DNA of 64,000 bases from Chiloscyllium plagiosum (Eukaryota): assembly GCF_004010195.1 (NCBI RefSeq), contig NC_057720.1:7226328-7290327 (forward strand), read 5' to 3'. Positions 13,361 to 26,537 of this stretch are shown piece by piece. Every line of letters starts with the position of its first letter. Position 1 is the first letter of the stretch. Below the pieces are notes generated by a model. The model ran no database searches and was not told the DNA's origin. It saw only the letters and a list, made by a program, of their open reading frames with translations. Both the position numbers and the translations under genes were made by a program.

Positions 13361-14439
13361 TCTTCAGCTACTGTCAATCCAATTATTTGCAGAATGCACC
13401 AACCCTTCTCTTAAATATTTCTTCTTCCACTTGTTTGCATCATTAGCAGGAAATGTAATATTTTTATTGCCTTGCACCACCACTCTGGTGCCTTTTCTTG
13501 TAGGAAATGGGGGTAGGTCTGTTAAAGCTTCCCATGTCTTTTAATTGCTCACTTGGAGAATTCAGAATTTTTAACTGTGGGAAAGATAGAAAGTTGTTGT
13601 CATGTGAGGCATCCTTTGCAGGATGAGGAATAAATTAGATTTTGCTTAGAACCACATGTGGGACTTCTCCTATGAGGTCAGTGTTTCCGTCAGATGTAGC
13701 TGAGCTTATAACAGGCCTCACCTAATTCCAAAAAGGTTGTGGACTTGGCTCGTGCTTATGTCTCTGATATCAGTTGAGAGCCTCCCAAGAGCTTGCAATC
13801 AGGAGAAACTAATTTAGAGATTCGTAAATTAACTTGATACTCCCAAACCATGCACCACACATACACACACCCATACCCACTCTCACAAGCCAATCCACTG
13901 CTGCACTAGAAAGTGACATTCCAACAAAAATTATTTCTGTAACATTGGCTAACTTTGCTAAAAAACGTTGACATGCCAAGGAGAGCAGGGGGACAACAGC
14001 AGGTTTTCAAAGTTCACATTCCAAGCACAGCGCATTATGAAATGTAAAACTAATTGTTAACTGAGCAACTCAGTTCATAAAAGCACAGGGCCACCACTGG
14101 ATTCAGTATCCCAGCACGCCCAATTTGCAGTGCAAACATTTCTGTCTTGTCTTGCTTTGTAATCGGGATTCTTCTTGCATTCGTCCTTTTAAAGTGTACC
14201 AGCTCAATCACTTCCTGTGGTGCCTACAGTTCAGATGTGCAGAACAGGAGGTCTGAAACATCATTGGAACTGAGCAGGTTAATGTGACTCTTCAGAGATG
14301 ACTTCATAGATGGGGTGGGGGAGTGCAATACTCGTGATCCCACAGCAGCACCCACCACCCATCCCACCCCTCACTGTCAGAGGTACTGATCTTACTGAAG
14401 AACACCCCATGGCCTTGATGCCGTTGGGCAGTCTTAACC

Positions 14440-14770
14440 AGATTTGAAGGGGATAGATAAAGGTTAATGACAGGTGTCTTTTCCCTCAGGTGGGACATTT
14501 CAAGACCGGCATATTTTTAGGGCAAGAGGAGAAAGATTTCAAAAAAATATGAGGGGCAACATTATTACACATTCGTGTGTGCAGTGAACTTCCAGAGGAA
14601 GTGATGGATACAGGTACAGTTACAACATTTAAAAGAGATTTGGATAAGTAGGTGATAGGAAAGATTTGGAAGGATATGGGCCAAGCACAGGCAGGTGGGA
14701 TTAGTTTGGGATTATGGTCGGCATGGACTGGTTGGAACGAAGGGCCTGTGTCATTGCTGTATGACTCGAT
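14440..14770 (+). mobile_element. CR1 LINE 3' end
   Basis: Similar to the 3' part of 36240-36887. Confidence 0.8.
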
Positions 14771-15084
14771 GATGAAGGTCTAATTTTGCATCTCAGTTGG
14801 GATGAAGACCAACCCTCAATCCGAGTACAGGCCGTTCTGCTATCATGTGGCAGTTGCGTTTCTTGGCAACCTCGCGACAGAAATTCTCTAATAGAAAATT
14901 GCTACACCCATTCAGTTGAAAGTCCATGTTGTCCATACAATGTCCACAATTGGTCAATCACATTATAGCTAATTTGCGCTGACAAAACGAGCAATATAGC
15001 AGAATGACCCGTTCCAGCAATGGGTAATACCAGCAGTGTCAGACACCTATATTGGGTGCTACTGGAACTGCAATCCTTGCAGGG

Positions 15085-15400
15085 GAGCTGGTAGTGTAAT
15101 GGCCATGTCACTGGGTTAGTAATCATTTACCAATATTTCAGGAACATGGTTTCAAATCCTGTGATGGTGAAATCTACACTCAAGTAAACCTGTAACACTT
15201 CCTAAAAAAAACCAAATCTAATGGTGATAATTGCTTTCAAAACCCATTTGGTTCATTAATGCCCTTTAGGGAAGGAAATCTGACATTCTTACATCGTCTG
15301 AGATTCTAGACTCAGTCATGTGACTGACCCTTAACTACTCTTTGTGCAGTTGGGGATGGTTACTAAATACTGTCCTAGCCAGTAATGCCCACATCCCTCT
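15085..15400 (+). mobile_element. SINE-B copy
   Basis: Similar to 3630-3985. Confidence 0.65.
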
Positions 15401-15854
15401 CAAAAAGGCCCTGGGGTAAAGCAATATAGATCCTTGAAAGAGAGAGGGAAGTTGGGATATTGGATGAGGAGTGATCAAAAATCCAAGATGAGGGGAGGGC
15501 AGTTACAAAAAGAATAGCAAGTTGGAAGGAGGACCATTCCCAATGTGTACAGAGCACCCCGCCCCTCCCTCCAAGATGGGGACCTCCAGTATTTTTCATC
15601 TTTTAACTGATCAAAGATAGGCCTTTCTTTCACTAGATAACTGTGTTATGGAAAGGACAGTATAATATTCAGGTCAGCTGGTTTGCTGAAAATGGCAGAC
15701 TGATTTTGCTGTCTGCCTTACCAATGTGAGGGGCTTGGGATGAAGGTTGGTGGAAAGACAAAAGACTAGCCACCACACCTTTCCCCTTATTCAGGCTGAA
15801 GAGGGTGAAAAACCATCCCTCAAAGTCATCGAGCTGTTCAAGTAAAAGGTGTTA

Positions 15855-16028
15855 TAGAGGAACCTCGATTATCCGGCATTTGATTATCCGAATATTGGAT
15901 TATCCGGCAAGATCGCAAGGTCCCGATGCTTGGCTAAACTAGGTTATCTGGCATTCAACTGTCCATAATTCGATTAACCGAACAAAATAATCCCTGCCCG
16001 TGTCCTTCGGATAATCGAGGTTCCTCTG
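15855..16028. mobile_element. Tc1/pogo (Tigger-like) MITE
   Basis: TIRs AGAGGAACCTCGATTATCCG / CGGATAATCGAGGTTCCTCT, TA on both sides, internal GATTATCCG repeats. Confidence 0.85.
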
Positions 16029-16049
16029 TAGTGAGCTTTCCTGGCCATA

Positions 16050-16289
16050 CCAGAACTTGTTATCTGTCTCAGAGGATTGGGAGTCTTTGGAACACATTGC
16101 CACGGGGATCTGTGGGGGTAGATTCCTTGTGTATATTTAAGGCTGAGGTGGATAGCTTCTTTATCAGTTGGGGAAATCAAGGCTTACAGGGAAAGGGCAA
16201 GAAAGTGGATGAGAGAAATGTTCCATCAGCCATGATCCCATTGAATGTTGGAGCAGGCTCGAGGGGCTGAATGGCCTCCTCCTGTTCCT

Positions 16290-16292
<3 letters not shown>
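16050..16292 (+). mobile_element. CR1 LINE 3' end
   Basis: Tail ggagcaggctcgaggggctgaatggcctcctcctgttcctatt. Confidence 0.75.

Positions 16293-16337
<45 letters not shown>
16293..16337. repeat. (CA)n microsatellite
   Basis: Seen directly. Confidence 0.97.
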
Positions 16338-16340
<3 letters not shown>

Positions 16341-16668
16341 GCAGGGACAGAGTTGAAGGATTTCGAGTCAGTGATAGTGAGGAACAGCAGATAATATAGA
16401 ACCATGTGCTAGAAGAGTTATAGAGTCATAGAGATGTACAGCATGGAAACAGACCCTTCGGTCAAGACAGAAGAAATAAATGATCCCGGGTTCATGTATT
16501 TGATTGCAATCCAGCAGTTACCCCTTAGAAAAGGTGAGAGTGTATGTGTAGGCGATAGTGAGGACTGCAGATGGTGCGTTTGTCATGTCTATATGGGATG
16601 GATGGATTGGTGTGTGTGTGTCTGTTTGTGTGTGTCTGTCTGTCTGTGTGTGTGTATGTCTGTGTGTA

Positions 16669-17160
16669 TATCTTTTATTGGTAGAGGAATTGAGTTCCGG
16701 AGCCCTGAGGTCATGTTGCAGTTGTATAAGACTCTGGTGCGGCCGCATCTGGAGTATTGTGTGCAGTTTTGGTCGCCATACTATAGGAAGGATGTAGAGG
16801 CACTGGAATGGGTGCAGAGGAGGTTTACCAGGATGTTGCCTGGTATGGTAGGAAGATCGTATGAGGAAAGGCTGAGGCACTTGGGGCTGTTTCCATTTCA
16901 GAAAAGAAGGTTTAGGGGTGACTTGATAGAGGTGTACAAGATGATTAGGGGTTTAGATAGGGTTGACCATGAGAACCTTTTTCCACGTATGGAGTCAGTT
17001 ATTACGAGGGGGCATAGCTTAAAATTAAGGGGTGGTAGGTATCGGACAGATGTTAGGGATAGATTCTTTACTCAGTGAGTCGTGAGTTCATGGAATGCCC
17101 TGCCAGTAGCAGTGGTGGACTCTCCCTCTTTATGGGCATTTAAACGGGCATTGGATAGGC
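16669..17160 (+). mobile_element. Relatively young CR1 (HER1-like) fragment flanked by (GT)n tracts
   Basis: Open frame FIGRGIEFRSPEVMLQLYKTLVRPHLEYCVQFWSPYYRKD...RFFTQ; ends at NNNN. Confidence 0.92.
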
Positions 17161-17818
17161 NNNNATGTGTGTGTGTGTGTGTGTCTGTGTGTGTGTGTGT
17201 GTGTGTGTGTCTGTGTGTGTGTCTGTGTGACTGACTGCGGAGTGTGTATTTGGGGGCCCAGAATTTGACGTGCATGTATGAGCTATGGTCTAGACCTAAA
17301 GATGCTGTGCTGTGAGCTGGGGATAAATTTAACCCAGGATGCAATACCTTCTACAGCTCAAGAGGTTGGTGATGTTGAGCTTCATCAATAACGAAAGCCC
17401 ACTTCGTGATCAATAAGGACAACTACTGTAATGTTTGGTGCAGGGTGTGGGGGATGTAAATCGAAGCAAGCATCCTTATTCTATTCATTTTATAATTGTG
17501 TCTGGACAACTGTTCTGATTAAACACCTAGCGTGAAGCAAATTAAAATAGTAAAGGGAGACGGCTGTGATTGTCAAGTGTAAACAATTATTTCAGAAAAA
17601 AGCCAAACTGACCCATGGAAATGAGAGCTAGCTTCGCCCTCCTTAACTAGTGCATAATCTTTCAATTCACATCACTTTCTTTACAGTGTAATCCTTCTTA
17701 AGAAACAGTTTACAGAAGACCTGTGGACTCTTACCACAGACTATTACGTTCGGTTTTTAAGTCAATCCTTCTGCCACCACCACCTCCCCCACTAACTCCA
17801 CTCACCCCACTCTTTTCA

Positions 17819-18225
17819 GGTCAGAAGTCACACGACACCAGGTTGTAGTCCAACAGGTTTATTTCAAATCACAAGCTTTCAGAGCGCTGTCCCTTCATCA
17901 AGTAAGCAAGGAGCAGTGCTTTGAAAGCTTGTGATTTCAAATAAACCTGTTGGACTATAACCTGGTGTCGTGTGACTTCTGACTTTGTCCAGGCGAAAGT
18001 GAGGACTTGCAGGGGTGGAGATTAGAGTCATGAATGTGATGCTGGAAAAGCACAGCAGGTCAGGCAGCATCCAAGGAGCAGGAGAGTTCACATTTCGGGC
18101 AAAGCTTACCTGAAACGTCGACTCTCCTGCTCCTCGCATGCTGCCTGACCTGCAGTGCTTTTTCACGACCACACTCTCGACTTCTGACTTTGTCCACCCC
18201 AGTCCAACACTGACATCTCCATGTC
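17819..18225. mobile_element. P1 palindrome with a P2 palindrome inserted in its right arm
   Basis: Duplication gacttctgactttgtcca at 17974-17991 and 18179-18196 flanks the P2 copy. Confidence 0.8.
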
Positions 18226-18314
18226 ATGGCCACTCTTTTAATAATAAATAGTGGCTGATACAAGACAGCCTGAGGGTTCTCTATGTGGAAGAGGAAGACA
18301 CTGAGAACATTGTC

Positions 18315-18575
18315 ATGTCTGTGTGAGTGTATGTGACTGCTTGCATGTGTGAGAGTACGTGTATATGTATGTGTGTGTGTGTCTGTGTGAGTGTATGTGT
18401 CCGTGTGAGTGTATGTGTCCGTGTGCGCGTGTGTGTGTGTGTGTGTGTGGTTGTGTGAGTCGTGTGTGTGTCTGTGTGTGAGTCTGTGTGTATGTGAGTA
18501 AGAGTCTGTGTGTTTGAATGTGTGTCTGTGTGTGTGTATGTGTGAGAGAGAATGTGTGTGTGTGTGCATGTGTGC
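18315..18575. repeat. Degenerate (GT)n tract
   Basis: Seen directly; followed by a 32-bp tandem duplication at ~18624-18687. Confidence 0.9.
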
Positions 18576-19713
18576 AGTGAATGGTTCAGCTTTCTATCTT
18601 CACCCTGCACTGCAAGATATTTCTCTCTGTTGTCCTCCACCATCATGTGGTCTTCTCTCTGTTGTCCTCCACCATCATGTGGTCTTATCAAACTGCCTGA
18701 GTCCCTTACACTAGTCCCACAGACTGCTTGGTCATAATTATTTCATATCGAAGTCATTCCGTCTTTGACCATTACACTCCCCGACCCCTCTTCTATTTCA
18801 GAGATATCGTTTTTTTAAACCTCATTATCTACAGCCTTATTGTTAGAGGATTATTCCTAGCTGCGCTAGCTTTTATTTTTGGGAAGACGGCTTCTAATGT
18901 AGCTATCGCTGTCAAAAATGCATTAGTCAAATCCTGTTGTGCCAATTTTACGGTGCGTTCTCAATTTCAGGCGCGGCACTTGGAGGTACAGAGGAAAGCT
19001 CCCTTTAACTCGAGTTGATTTAGAAAAATGAAGAGCTGCCGAAGTATGCATGCATTTTGTTCAAGATACCGTTTCACATACTTCAACCGTCTGGTGGGAA
19101 GTGTGTAAAATAGTTAGCATTTTTATTTATGTTTTACACAACTTCAGGGACAGGCATGAGAGCCAGCGAAAGAACTCCCCTGAAACGTTACAATATACAA
19201 AAGCCAGCAGCCAATGTGTGCACAGAAGGATCCCACAAACAACCGTTGTGGAAATATGACGTGGAGGTGTCAGTGCTGGACTGGGGTGGGCAAAGTCAAA
19301 ACTCACACTGCACGGGGTTACAGTCCAACAGGTTTATTTGAAACTGTAAGCTTTCAGAGCTCCCGCTCCCTCCTCGGATGGCTAGTGAGAGAGAGAAGAC
19401 ATCGGACAGAGAATGTATAGTAAAAGATCAACTACTTATGCAAATAACTTATGCAAATATCCTGAACAAACCTACACTGCGATTGTGTCTTTAATCAGGT
19501 AGAATGGGGTTTGATTGATTAATATGTAAATCACCTGAAATGCATTGTCTGACTGAAGGTGTTACCTTTATTCTGATAAAACCTGAAGTTATCTTGAGGG
19601 AGAGTTTTACATATTAATCAATCAAAACCTGTAACTCCATTCTAACTGATTAAAGGCACAATTGTATCTAGGTTTGTTCAGTATATTCACATAAATTGTA
19701 TGACCCTTTGATA

Positions 19714-19998
19714 ATTAGATTTCTTACACTGTGGAAACAGGCCCTTCAGCCCAAGTTGACCCTCCAAAAAGCAACCCATCCAGACCCATTCCCTACATTT
19801 ACCCCTTCGCCACACTACGGGCAATTTAGAATGGCCAATTCACCTGATCTGCACATTTTTGGACTGTGGGAGGAAACTAGAGCACCCGGAGGAAACCTAC
19901 ACAGATACGGGGAAAATGTGCAAACTCCACAGACTGAAGCGGGAATTGAACCCAGGTCTCTGGCGCTGTGAGGCAGCAGTGCTAATTGCTGTGCCATC
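19714..19998 (-). mobile_element. V-SINE (HE1-like)
   Basis: Reverse-complement V-domain. Confidence 0.9.
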
Positions 19999-20047
19999 CA
20001 GCATTTACTATAAATTCTGTGTCTGATGTATTCTCTCTCACTAGCTG

Positions 20048-20395
20048 GAGGAGAGGACTGGGGATTGCAGAGAGAGACTCACTGAGATCTTTGTAGAGAG
20101 AGGAGGAGAACCTCTTGGAAGAGGATTCACAGTGAGGTTGAAATCAACTAGGAGACAGTGAGGACTGCAGATGCTGGAGATCAGAGTTGAGAGTGTGTTG
20201 CTTGAAAAGCACAGCAGGTCAGGCAGCACCTGAGGAGCAGGAAAATCGATGTTTCAGGCCAGAGCCCTTCATCAGGAATCATCAGGCTCCAGCCTGAAAC
20301 GTCGATTTTCCTGCTCCTCAGGTGCTGCCTGACCTGCTGTGCTTTTCCAGCAACACACTCTCAACTCTGTTCTCCAGTATCTGCAGACCCCACTG
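20048..20395. mobile_element. P2 palindrome with ~100 bp of extra element sequence
   Basis: 14-bp TSD tctctcactagctg (20034-20047 / 20396-20409). Confidence 0.82.
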
Positions 20396-20959
20396 TCTCT
20401 CACTAGCTGCCCGAGGAAGGAGCGGGGGCTCTGACAGTGGTTTCAGACAAACCCATTGCACTCTAACCGAGTGGGGTGTGATTTTTGTCTTTGTGGAAAT
20501 ACCCAGAACATGTGTTAACTTGGTATTAGCTGCAGCCTCTGACTTCAAATGCAGTTTTTGGATAGTTACACAGCTCAGTTGTGAAGGGTACAATGCAAAT
20601 TCTTTTTTGGACCAAACAGAAGTTTAAAAAATACATTACACACACATATCCATACGCAACTGACAATCACAGCTCTGAAATACTAACCTCCTGTCAAAAA
20701 TCAAATGGTCGCCTTGCATTAGTGTGTACAGCAGTGTTGTCATAAAGCTTTTGCAAAGTCATGGTAAAGTTAGAGTGTTGGCAATGGTCTTGTTAGCCGA
20801 GGAATTTAGAGAGCTCTTCCTCAATGGGCCAGTCATTAAATACATGGGAGAATGAGAGCCCTTCTCCCGCTCATTGACAATGAACCGTGGGACACTATGG
20901 ACTGGTATGAAACCTTCTCACATTCACTCCCCCGGAAAACTGTTGCGAATTTCACAGGA

Positions 20960-21135
20960 AGTGAAAGGGAAAGTCGCCACAGTCCTACCAGACCATGGGA
21001 CCAGGCTCTCATGGGAGAGACAGATGGTAGTTTAACCAGAGGGTCGCCACACCTCAGGCAAGGGGGGGAGGGCGTTGAGAAGAGGTAACCCCAGCCAGTG
21101 CAAGAATTGAACCCACGCTGCTGGCATCAGTCTGC
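20960..21135 (-). mobile_element. SINE-D copy
   Basis: Similar to 1-155. Confidence 0.55.
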
Positions 21136-21764
21136 ACGGAGATGGAACCATGAACACATTGCCAAAGCACAGAAAACCCAGGGGTTCTACCAATCAGAGC
21201 TGGCAGATTCATCCACCATGCCAATACACCAAGGGCTCCATCTCTCCTCCTTCATCTGTGCGTCTAAACTCAGCTCACTGTTCAGTGAAGGAGTGAGCTA
21301 GCTTCCAGAGACTGAACTGGTAAAAGGCAGACAGGAGAGACTACAATTCACAACTTAAAGAAATGAACTCATTACGGGTAGAGGGGGTCTCATAAACTGG
21401 CCAGTGCCCCGTGTTGCTTAATTTTGCAAAGTTCCTTGACTGAGCTGTGCTGGGCCTCCCCCAGAATAAAAGAGCCCAGGGGGGGAAAGGACTCACTAAC
21501 AACATCCATCCCAATTGTCTCTCCATGGTACTGGAGTCCAGTAGTATTATCCACCTGAGGCACAGGGGAGCAAAGGTGTGGATCATGTTGATGATAATGG
21601 ACTAATAATCTCACCTCACAGACTGATTAACCTCATTCACTTAACAAAGTAAAAGACATTATAATCAATGAAGCAGACATTACAGCAAATCAACTGATAA
21701 AGTAGCAGGCAGTCACATTATTGTCCGCACACAGCACATTCAGTCATTGAAGGTGAAATTTCTT

Positions 21765-22310
21765 AGTCATTGAGATGTACAGCATGGCATCAGACCCTTT
21801 GGTCCAACTCATCCATGCCAACCAGATGTCCTAAAGAATCTTGTCCCATTTGCCAACAATTGGCCCACATCACTAAACTCTTCCTATTCATGTAGCCATG
21901 CAGATTCCTTTTAAATGCTGTAGCTGTACTAGCCTCCACCACTTCCTCTGGCAGCTCATTCCATGCATGCATCGTCCTCTACGTAAAAAGGGTGCCCCTT
22001 AAGTCCTTTTTAAATTGATCTCCTCTCACCTTAAACCTATGCCCTCTAGTTCTTGACATCCCCACCCTAAGACAAAGACTTTGTCTATTTATCCTATCCA
22101 TGCCCCTCATGATTTTATAAACCGCTATAAGTTCACCCCTCAGCCTCTGACGCTCCAGGGAAAACAGCCCCAGCCTATTTGGCCTCTCCCTAAAGCTCAA
22201 ATGCTCCAACTCTGGCAACGTCTTTGCAAATCATTTCTGAATCCTTTCAAGCTTCACAACGTCCTTCCTATAGCAGGGAGACCAGAATTGCACGCAGTAT
22301 TCCAATAGTG
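21765..22310 (-). mobile_element. CR1 LINE 3' fragment
   Basis: RLGLFSLERQRLRGELIAVYKIMRG. Confidence 0.9.
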
Positions 22311-23504
22311 GTTAAATGCAACGTGTAGGTACAACACTGGGAGGGAAGGTTCAACATCTAGAGGAGGGGTGCTGCTGTCAGCAGGACCCCCATCTTCCCG
22401 ATGTTAGGTCTCTTGACCAGTATACATTGAGAGATATGCCCAGTCACCAGCTGCAGCTCACAACACTGCACCGTCCTCGCATGCTGCTGGGTGAGTACCA
22501 ACACTAACAGGATGGGCCCCTTAAGTGGGTTATTCATTGTGCTCCAATGGGCCTCCATTAGCAGTGGGGCAAAAAGACCGTGTTATACCTCAGAAACACC
22601 CCCCTGAAGGTATCAGGCTGGAAAGTGGCTGCGTTCCAACATGCCAGACTCCCACCCAATTAAATGCCACCCCAACCCACCACCAAGCCCCGTCAATGGG
22701 AAGGGACATTGTATTCCACTTAGAGAGTTCACCCGACACCAAAAAAAAATCCTTTGTGCCAGATCATTCTACTGATGGCAATTTATGGGACCTTTCTATT
22801 CACACAAGGACTACCACACTCATGCAACTTAAAGCCCTGATGTGAAATATTTGGAAACATATCAGAAGAGAACCACTTTGTGACGCGTGCATCTTCTTGT
22901 AAATATATCAGAGCTCACAAGATTCAGCACTTAACAACCTTAATTGGCTGCAAATATTTTTGTGACACTCTTAATAGGCAGAGACGACAAATTAAGACAA
23001 CTCAAGAAAGTTGTTTCAATTCTCCAACTCATTAGAACATCTCCTTTTCCTGTTGCAGTTTCTAAATGACAGAAAAATTGCTGTCTGCCTTCTATTTGTT
23101 TGAGTGAGTCAGATGGGAATCACTCTGACATTCGCTTTTGATACTCGTTTGCATGGTTGGGGGCAACGCATTGTTTTTATTTTGATCAAACATGCGGCTC
23201 TCAGACCCGAGAAACCTCATTGAGACAGCTTAAAATCTCAAACAGCTCCACAGAAGCGTGAGACAGCGCAAGGCAGTGAGCTGAGCTGTGACAGCAGAGT
23301 GGTGAATGCACAGTCCGTCACTTGGCCAATTTGAAATGAGATGCAGGTTCAAGGGAGGAAAAGGACTAGGAAATAGGGAATGCAAACACAGCTCAGAGTT
23401 ATCACTCACATATCTGAACACAGAAAGGCTAACACAGTACGCAAGAAAATAACAATAGCCCAAACAATGCCATGAGAAAAATGAAAAACAACTAACGATT
23501 TAAA

Positions 23505-23860
23505 AATTAAATAGGATGTGGCCTGGAATGGAAGGTTTGAGACTGGGACTTTTTCCACTGAATGGAGAAGGTTGAGGGGTGACCTTATTGAGGTTTTTAA
23601 AATAATGAAGGGCACGGATGAGGTGAATGACAAGGGTCTTTTCCCCAGGATGGGGAGTTCAAAACTCAGGTGCAAATTTTTAAAGTGAGAAAAGAAAAAT
23701 TTAAAAAGGACTGGGGGTGCAATTGTTTTACACAGAGAGTGATTCGTGTGTGGAATGGATACAGGTACAGTTACAACATTTAAAAGACATCTGAATAAGT
23801 TCATGAATAGGAAAGGTTTTGGAGGGATATGGGCCAGGAGCAGGCAGGTAGGTCGAGTTT
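23505..23860 (+). mobile_element. CR1 LINE 3' fragment
   Basis: ttttccactgaatggagaaggttgaggggtgaccttattgaggtttttaaaat. Confidence 0.85.
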
Positions 23861-23965
23861 AGAAATACATGCAGAGATTGCAAGAAAAGCTCAGCAGGTC
23901 TGGCAGCATCTGTGAAGCGAAATCAGAGTTAACGTTTTGGGTGTGGTTCCTAAGAACTCAGTTGT
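23861..23965 (-). mobile_element. P3 terminus
   Basis: aagctcagcaggtctggcagcatctgtg...cagagttaacgtttt. Confidence 0.7.
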
Positions 23966-24039
23966 GGAGAATCATAGAGTCATACAGGATGGAAACAGAC
24001 CCTTCATTCCAATCATGTTCCCAAATTAAACTAGCACGT

Positions 24040-25035
24040 ATAGAACATAGAACATTACAGTGCAGTACAGGCCCTTTGACTCTCTACCGACCTGTGAAAC
24101 CAATCTGAAGCCTATCTAACCTATGCTATTCTATTCTCATCCATATGCCTATCCAATGACCATTTAAATGCCCATAAAGTTGGCAAGTCTACAACTATTG
24201 CAGGCAGTGCATTCCATGTCGTCTGAGTAAAGAACCTACCTCTGACATCTGTCCTATACCTTTCACCCCTCAATTTGAAGCTATGCCCTCTTGCGCTAAC
24301 CATCACCATCCTAGAAAAAAGGCTCTCCCTGTCCACCCTATGTAACCCTCTGATTATCTTATATGTCTCAATTGAGTCACCTCTCAACCTTCTCTCGAAT
24401 GAAAACAGCCTCAAGTCCCTCAGCCTTTCCTCCATACCAGGCGCCATCCTAGTAAATCTCCTCTGCACCCTTTCCAAAGCTTCCACATCCTTCCTGTAAT
24501 GCGGTGACCAGAACTGTACACAATACTCCAAGTGCAGCCGTACCAGAGTTTTGTATAGCTGCAGCATGACCTCGTGGCTCCGAAACTCGGTCCCTCTACT
24601 AATTAAAGCTAACACACTGTATGCTTTCTTAACAGCCCTATCAACCTGGGTGGCAATTTTGAGGGATCTATGTACATGGACACGGAGATCTCTCTGCTCA
24701 GCTACACTACCAAGAAACTTACCATTCACCCAGTACTCTGTATTCCTGATACTCCTTCCAAAGTGAATCACCTTATACTTTTCCAAATTAAACTCCATTT
24801 GCCACCTCTCAGCCTAGCTCTGCAGCTTATCTATGTGCCTCTGTAACCTGCAACATCCTTCAGCACTATCCACAACTGTACTGACCTTAGTGTTGTCCAC
24901 AAATTTACTAACCCATCTTTCTACACCCTCTTCCAGCTTGTTTGTAATAATGACAAACAGCAGTGGACCTAAAACAGATCCTTGCCGTACACCACTGACC
25001 TCCAGCATGAACATTTCCCATTAACCACCACCCTC
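24040..25035 (-). mobile_element. CR1 (HER1-like) ORF2 3' ~1 kb
   Basis: SGVRQGSVLGPLLF...KFVDNTK and MEFNLEKYKVIHFGR...LEYCVQFWSPHYRKD. Confidence 0.93.
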
Positions 25036-25807
25036 AATATTATATACATACAGTATATATAATATATAAATATACATAAAATAGAGTCATATAGTACAGA
25101 AGAAGACTTTCAGCTTATTGAGCCTGCACTGAAAATAATATATCTCCTTGTTATCAAATGATTTTGTCCTTGAACACATGGATCTATTTTAAATTGTGCT
25201 GTTTCTGTCTGTTTGTAGAACAGGGAGACATTTTTTTCCATAAAATAATAAAAGCTCCCGAAGGTCTATATTTATATTCTACATAATATATGTACAGAAT
25301 TCACAAGCTGACTCTTCACTTTTGGGGGGGAATGTGCATAATGCTTGCATTTTTAAAGAGAAAATATATTGTAAAGCGTTAATGAACTCAAATTGTTATT
25401 GACATTTTTAACAGCGTATTGTCGCATGAATTAATGAGCAGAAAATTAGTCCCCCTCACTACACTTTTAGCTAATGATCGTCAATCCATTTTTAGAATCA
25501 AAGTGAAGAATCAGAAAATAAAAAAAAGATGAGTAATCTAATTTTACTCTGACAACAAATCTAACCCAACATTTTTATTCACCTCAGCAAAGCCAAAAAC
25601 AGCACCTGCCAGAAATTGGGACTGGTTCATTGTAGAATTATAGAGGGTAAGGGCTCTGTTAGCTCGGTGGCTGGTTTGAGTTGGTTTGAGGAACTTCCTT
25701 TGTGAGTTTCACCCTGCCTTGCCCTTCAGAATTTTATGGATTTCTAAGATATTCCCCCCTCATTCTTCTAAACAGTAATGCTAATAATGTAGGTGCAGTT
25801 CCTACAC

Positions 25808-26275
25808 TGGTGGCACAGTGGTTCAGTCATTAACACTGCTGCCTCACAGCACCAGGGTCTCAGGTTCGATTCCAGTCTTGGGTGACTGTCTGTGTGGAGT
25901 TTGCACATTCTCCCTGTGTCTGCGTGGGTTTCCTCCCACAGTCCAAAGGTGTACAGGTCAGGTGAAACTTTCGGAGATCTGTGTACATGGACACCAAGAT
26001 CCCTCTGCTCATCCACACTACCAAGTATCCGACCATTAGCCCAGTACCCCATCTTTCTGTCTGTGTGGAGTTTGTACATTCTCCCTGTGTCTGCTTGGGT
26101 TTCCTCCCACAGTCCAAAGGCTTACAGGTCAGGTGAATTGGCCATGCTAGATTGCCCATAGTGCTAGGTGCATTAGTCAGAGGGAAATGGGTCTGGATGG
26201 GTTACTCTTTGGAGGGTCGGTGTGGACTGATTGGCCTGAAAGGCCTGTTTCCCCACTGTAGGTAACCTAATCTAA
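25808..26275 (+). mobile_element. V-SINE with an internal 81-bp duplication flanking a 90-bp inverted CR1 piece
   Basis: Duplicated segments 25886-25966 and 26057-26137. Confidence 0.85.
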
Positions 26276-26537
26276 CTGAGGTTGCTATAAAAGGGCTCTC
26301 CTTCTCAAACTCCCCCCTCACCCGAGATGTGGTGACCCTCAGACTTTAAAGCACCACCAGTCTCTAGTAAGAGAGCAGCCTGATGGTCTATAAAGTTGAA
26401 AGTAACTTAACCATACACAGTAGTGACCCAACAAGACTGCAGCAAAGATTAAGACCACAGGGGAACTAACCCAGGCTTCTTCCTACCACGCAAGCACTGG
26501 TCACTGGGATGAGCGATCTGTTTGTGAAATCTCTTCG

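Larger units (their letters stand above)
19258..20493. mobile_element. Long P1 inverted repeat containing a nested V-SINE and a nested P2 element
   Basis: Left arm ~19290-19532 pairs with right-arm pieces 19605-19711, 20000-20047 and 20410-20493. Confidence 0.75.

Noticed and set aside
24121..24798. 225-aa ORF (and 16434-17078) as host genes or an active RT
   Set aside because: Truncated CR1 ORF2 fragments; no full-length LINE in the window
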